Source: Eledone cirrhosa
Taxonomy: Eukaryota
Reading direction: 5' to 3'
Length of the DNA stretch: 64,000 bases
Assembly (NCBI GenBank): GCA_964016885.1
Contig: OZ024751.1
Span: 38,502,001 to 38,566,000, forward strand
Part shown: positions 58,346-64,000 of the stretch, one piece after another
Layout: each line of letters opens with the position of its first letter
Position numbering within the stretch: position 1 is the first letter of the stretch
Translations under genes and position numbers: made by a program
The notes under the pieces: generated by a model
Database searches by the model: none
Seen by the model: the letters and a program-made list of their open reading frames with translations, nothing else
What the model was told of the DNA's origin: nothing

Positions 58346-59019
58346 ATTTCTTAGATTAAATAATAACAATTTTTAAACATAATATCTTCTGCTTTAATGA
58401 TACAGAAACCTTATGACTTACTAATCAACAAGGTTGTCTTATCTAGGGCATATTGTCAGAATTTTAGTTGCGTTATATATGTTTCCTTACTGTGGTATAT
58501 AAATAAATATTATATTACTTCAAAATATGTCTTTGAAATGTGTTTCATATATAGTTTTTATCTCATATCAAATGTAATTTATTTTATACTGTATGATTCA
58601 TGTTAATATTTTGCATGCAGCGGATTGTGTCCCTCGGCGAGGCAATTGACAATATTTGCTTATATTTTCGTGTCTATTTACTGGAAAGATATAAAGTTAA
58701 ATATATATTTAAACATTTCTAAATATATATTTTGCTTTGATTTCTAGTCTTATAATCCAGACTATAGATGGTGTAGACAAGGCTTACACTATGATTGACT
58801 GAGTATAGCCCCCACTGCTTTCTTTATTTCTTATTATATGTCAGCTTTCATGATGGTTTCAATCAGTTTGATTTTGTTTTTATTTTTAATTTCGTTTATG
58901 TTTTTTGTAATTTTATATGCTACAGATAACAAGACCGATAAATCAATACCAAAGTCTGATTCTGAATTAAGAATTCAAAATCAAACCAATACGCACACAC
59001 TCAGTCGCTCTCCCTCTCT

Positions 59020-59117
<98 letters not shown>

Positions 59118-60261
59118 CTATACTATAAAAAGGTTTATCTAAAAATGAAATCGTGCCGTCACGAGAGAAATTCCATCTCACACAAAAATGTTATAATTGT
59201 AATATTGCTCTCTACAGTTATATATTATTATTATTATTACTATTATTATTTATTATTATTGTTTTTTCAACAGGTTTGGGAATAGAACTCGAAATCTGTT
59301 TGTTCGTGCTTGTGTTCATAACTTTTGCTCTGTATAATTAGACTTGAATCCAAATGTTTTCAATGCGTGCACCAATATTTCATTTTAGGATACCATGTTT
59401 TCTCTACTATTAGTATTATTATTATTATTATCATTATCAATATCATTATTATTTTGAATATTATTATTATTAATATTAATATTATTCTTTTCGTTTTTTT
59501 TATTATTATTTCTTATTTTTGAATTATATATTTTTTTACCGTCTGATGTAGCCCAATCTTATTTCTATAATTATTGTTTTCAAAAATGTTATAATGTCAC
59601 GATATCAGCGAAAATGCTTAGTTAGAAATTGGTTGTCACAGATAGCAAGCAATCCGTGAGTTGTCTATTTGTGTCTAAAACTAATAAACACCTATTGCAG
59701 TCTGTTATAATTGTAATGAAAGCTGATGTGTGAGAAATATTCTTGATGTAGACAGCACATGACATATCTATAAAGATTTAATAAGTAAATTGAGCTTAGA
59801 ATCTTAGTGAAAGGTTTTAACTTTTGCAAACAATAATATCTGCAAATAGGTGTTTGTATCAATAGAATAAAACGCTAGAAGAATGTGTCTACTTGTTTGT
59901 ATCTGCGCATCATTGCGCGTGTGTGTGCATTTTTGTATTCGTGCAATTGATTATGTATGCGTGTATCAATATTATTTTCTTTACACATTTAACTGAAACA
60001 AAATTATATTAAATATTTCTAAACTTTCAATTGACATTTCCTATTTTATAATCATCTGCATTTCTTAGAAGAAAATTTCATTAATGTATTACATATTGAT
60101 AAAATCTACATACAAATCTGTACATTATATTTGAGATTCATTTAAATATGTTCTAGTACAATGATTTGGATCAATATTTAGTCAAAATGCTTATATATAT
60201 ATACATATATACTTCGAATAAACCTTATTGTACAGCCCATCTGTGTTATTCTACACTCCTT

Positions 60262-60296
<35 letters not shown>

Positions 60297-63200
60297 CATA
60301 TAGCGAACATTTCCAGACAAGAAATATTATATAGAAAGATAAATAATTGCAAACAACAATACGTATGTGATATGCTATCCTGAAAGGTGACCTATTTCAC
60401 TATACTACAAGTATCATTTAGGTTAGATTTTGAAATGTGAAATTCTCTGACATATTTGTGTCTCGTGGGACCAGGCATCTGCATCAGTAAAATCATGTTT
60501 ATTCCTTTGAGTAGAGAACAGGAAGGGACAGTAGTTTCCACTCTAGACCCCGCGTTTTATTAAAGATTTTATCCCCAGTTATTTTCTAATTAAAGGACAA
60601 GCACGATTACAATTTCTTACAAGGGTAATCAGAATGAAGCTGAAGACCATGTCTTCAAACCTATCTCTATATACATAGAATCCATCCATGGATTTTCTTT
60701 CCTCATTTAGGAATTTCTTTCATTGATTTATTCGTTGATAGCAACAATAAATATTCGGGTATTTATTTCTGTGTGTATCAAGGATGATGCTTTATATTTT
60801 GTTGTCCGGCAAGCTATATATAACAACCAAACTCGTTATAAATTGTAGCATTTTGTCTTTAAAAAGAAAATGGTATGTTGTTCCTAGTAACCCATAGAGA
60901 ATTTGATTGTCGCTGCAAAAATGTCTTTAATCATAATGTTGCTCAATAAAGATTGACCCTGTGTCAAACAACAACAATTTCCCTAACAAAATAAAAAATA
61001 CAAGCAATAACATGTCAATTTTTATCGATCCCGTAGAGACGCAAAGCAAAATGAGACTGCGAAAAAATTGGTTGACGATAAAGACATTTTACTAAATGCT
61101 ACGAAGCCTTTTGTCCTCCACACTAATGTATTCCCAATTCTATATGTTTATGGAATAAAGAAATGTCTGTGCTACGTAAATATAAGTCTATATAGGTTAG
61201 TGAAGTGTAATAGATTTTAGATATTATTATTATAGATATTGTCGATAGTAGAATGGTAACAGTCAAAGTCACTCTTAACATCATTGGGCTCGGAAACAAC
61301 TGTAGACTTTTGGCGTTAACGATGAGACAATATAACTGTTTCTTTAACTTGAAATTACACCTACGCTATTTCGAGGCAGGACGTCCGTCCACGCATGTTT
61401 CTTTGTATTATATATAACGTATATCAGCTATTTCCTTTCGCGTTTAGCAATGCGTTGATGAAAAGACTTGGGACTAAAAAATGAAATATATTATTTTTCC
61501 CGTCTATCATATACGTAAATGGTCTGATGAGAGCTTGGACAATGTTTTGTTGTTTTTATGTGTGTGTGTAAATGGGTGTAAGTGGGTGTAAGAGAGGGAG
61601 AGAGAATGGAAATTAAATTCATTGTTTCACAGGCAAAGATCAAGTGTGCTGGTAGACGCTGACGCTACTAGACAAGACATCAATCAACTTTAGCTAGCTA
61701 GTCCATAAAGAATATTATTCCAACTTAATTTAACGATGAGACAAAAGAACGACTAACATTTTTAAAACACAAAACAAGCCACAAAATAGACGATGACCAG
61801 AAAAAATTCATTTAAGTTGATCAGAAGAGTAAAAAAGAAAGGTAATATACTGTGTTGTTATGATCTTTGTTTTTGTTTTGTTTTGGTATTGAAGGAAAAT
61901 CTGTTGTTTTTGTTGTTTTTATAATACTTGAGTGTTTTTGAGAGTATAACGTTGATAACAACCTCCAACGCATTATTCAAACGGCAAAAAATTAAAAACT
62001 TCAATATCTAATTTCAGTTAAACGGAAATATTTTAGGAATTTGGTACTTGAAAGAATTTTGATTTTAATTTTATTATCGTTGTTTTTGACGTATTTTTGG
62101 TTGTCGTTGTTGAAAAAATTAATAACATTTTCTTTTTTCATTGACACATTTTTCTTTCCCGACTTTATATTTTCTTTCAGTTTTTCTTCTCATTTTCTTT
62201 CTTTTTTGGATCAACTCATTTCTTAGTTCACATGTGACTGTTTCGTTTCAATTAACAGACTCGAAGATAGAGAAAGATGTTCGAGAAGACAAGTTAAAGA
62301 GTGTATTAATTGATCGATCGACTGGCATATTGATTAATATTTAACGTGTAAAACGAGTTGAAGAAGAAAGAAAAACAAACTGTCTTCTGGAAATATTCGG
62401 ATTGATAACTTTCAGTGGTAACTTTTTTTTAAAGAAAATTTAGTTCACAGTGGAAAATACAAGCTTGTATCCTTCTTCCTGTATCTGATTTCTCAAAAAA
62501 GAATATTATTTAATAAAGAAGAGTGTAATGTGTATGTTTTAGGTTGAACAACCTTTCAAACTTTTACCCTGCATGAAACCCCGTTCATATGGTCATAAAA
62601 TGTTTATCCTTTTGCACAAAGAATTTTGTTCAGAATCTACTTCGTTTGATAACGGTGCATAAAATATGTTTAAACACTTTGACTTTCGTTATCGATACCA
62701 CATCAAATAACATGCTAGTTATCATCCGTTAGTATTGTAACTGAAAGCAATTATATTAGGTAAGGATATAGAATACTGGGGGATATCAATTTTCATTTTA
62801 TGGAATATTACGTTCGAAATTCCTAATATTTGTATTTCAGCGCTGTACTTTTCACGATCATCGTTATATTACTATTAAATACCTGAAAACAATATTGATT
62901 TTCCTGTATATTTTAAATATTATTATGCATATTCACTAGTTTCAAAATAGCTGTGTAGAATATAAGGAGGAGCCAATTACATTAGAAGACCCCAAAGATA
63001 ACCTTAACGATGTTACAAAGATGAAAATCAAACAGATTTTGACGATCACCAACAATAAACAAAGATTTGAAAAGAACATGCAAAACGTTGCACAACCTGG
63101 CTTAAATCAAGGAGAAAAAAAGAACAGACGATAAATCTTGATATCAGCAGCCACGTTCTTCTCTCAAATACAACTCAAGTGGACGCTTGTTTAACGCAAA

Positions 63201-63537
63201 TATCCCTGTTTTCATTCATCAAAAACACCAGCATATGAATTAAAAGAAATTAAGGAAAGGAACCCTCTCTTAAATACTCTGAAATGAGGACGTTCTCAGG
63301 ACGACGAATCCTCATTGAAGTGGGTATTGAAATGATTTTACTTCACACGTACACATACCTGGTAGTAAGAAGATCTCAGGGGACCTAGACAGCAGAAGGT
63401 CTTCCGAGAAGAAACCCCCTTCTAGCGTTTCGGTCCTATAAATTGTCATTGAATCATTAGAAACGAATTAAATTATTGTGAATAGAAATTTCATGAAACA
63501 CTGTTTGTTGGGAATCACCAACTGTTTAGAGTAATAA

Positions 63538-63722
63538 ATGTTTCTACTTTTTCGCACAAGGCCAACAATTATCACAGTGCATTACTGGTACTTTATTTTA
63601 TCGACCCCGTAAGGATGAAAGGTAAAGTTAACCTCGACGGGATTTGAACTCAGACCGTAAAGGGAAGTAACTATGCTGGAAAGCATGGTGTCCGACCCTC
63701 TACCGATACTGCCAATTCACCT
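63538..63722 (-). mobile_element. tRNA-derived SINE, short-body subfamily
   Basis: Close reverse complement of 31785-31970. Confidence 0.93.
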
Positions 63723-63743
63723 ACGCCATTGTTTGGAATAATA

Positions 63744-63910
63744 ATTGTTTCTACTTTTGGCACAAGGCCAGCAATTATCCCAGTGTATTACTGGTACTTT
63801 AATTTATCGAGCCCGTAAAGATGGAAGGCAAATTAACCTCGGCGGGATTCGAACTCAGAATGGTAAGGGCCGTAACTCTATGCGTCCGACCCTCTACCGA
63901 TACTGCCAAT
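63744..63910 (-). mobile_element. tRNA-derived SINE, second copy in tandem
   Basis: Same motifs, internal deletion between A and B boxes. Confidence 0.9.
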
Positions 63911-64000
63911 AATGATGTACTAATACGATTGATCATAACAGATAAATCTAATCAGTGTATTTAACTGTGGTTAATTATTCTAGATAATTGCTAATATACA

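Noticed and set aside
61524-61545. CTGATGAGAGC as a hammerhead core
   Set aside because: No stem II closure followed by GAAA and no stem I.

Overview
AT-rich eukaryotic (metazoan) non-coding DNA, dense in (TA)n/(CA)n/(GA)n microsatellites. The SINE families resemble those of octopod cephalopods (inference from recalled family sequence, not a search). No complete host gene is visible, only one weak candidate exon. Nearly all ORFs in the track are microsatellite artefacts. Recognisable protein-coding remnants are all retrotransposon-derived: two Penelope-like (PLE) GIY-YIG fragments, an R4/Dong-type RLE LINE, two RTE-clade fragments and a probable Tx1/L1 3' end. There are also about 12 tRNA-derived SINE copies and a hAT-type MITE. 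The main signal is that many short 'unique' inserts between (TA)n arrays are ends of several unrelated PLE-like families. Many form fold-back inverted repeats, and at least 15 complete or partial type I hammerhead ribozyme (HHR) folds can be traced by eye. These include three with very long structured loop II and several recurrent non-canonical catalytic cores. All folds were read manually and none was computed or tested.
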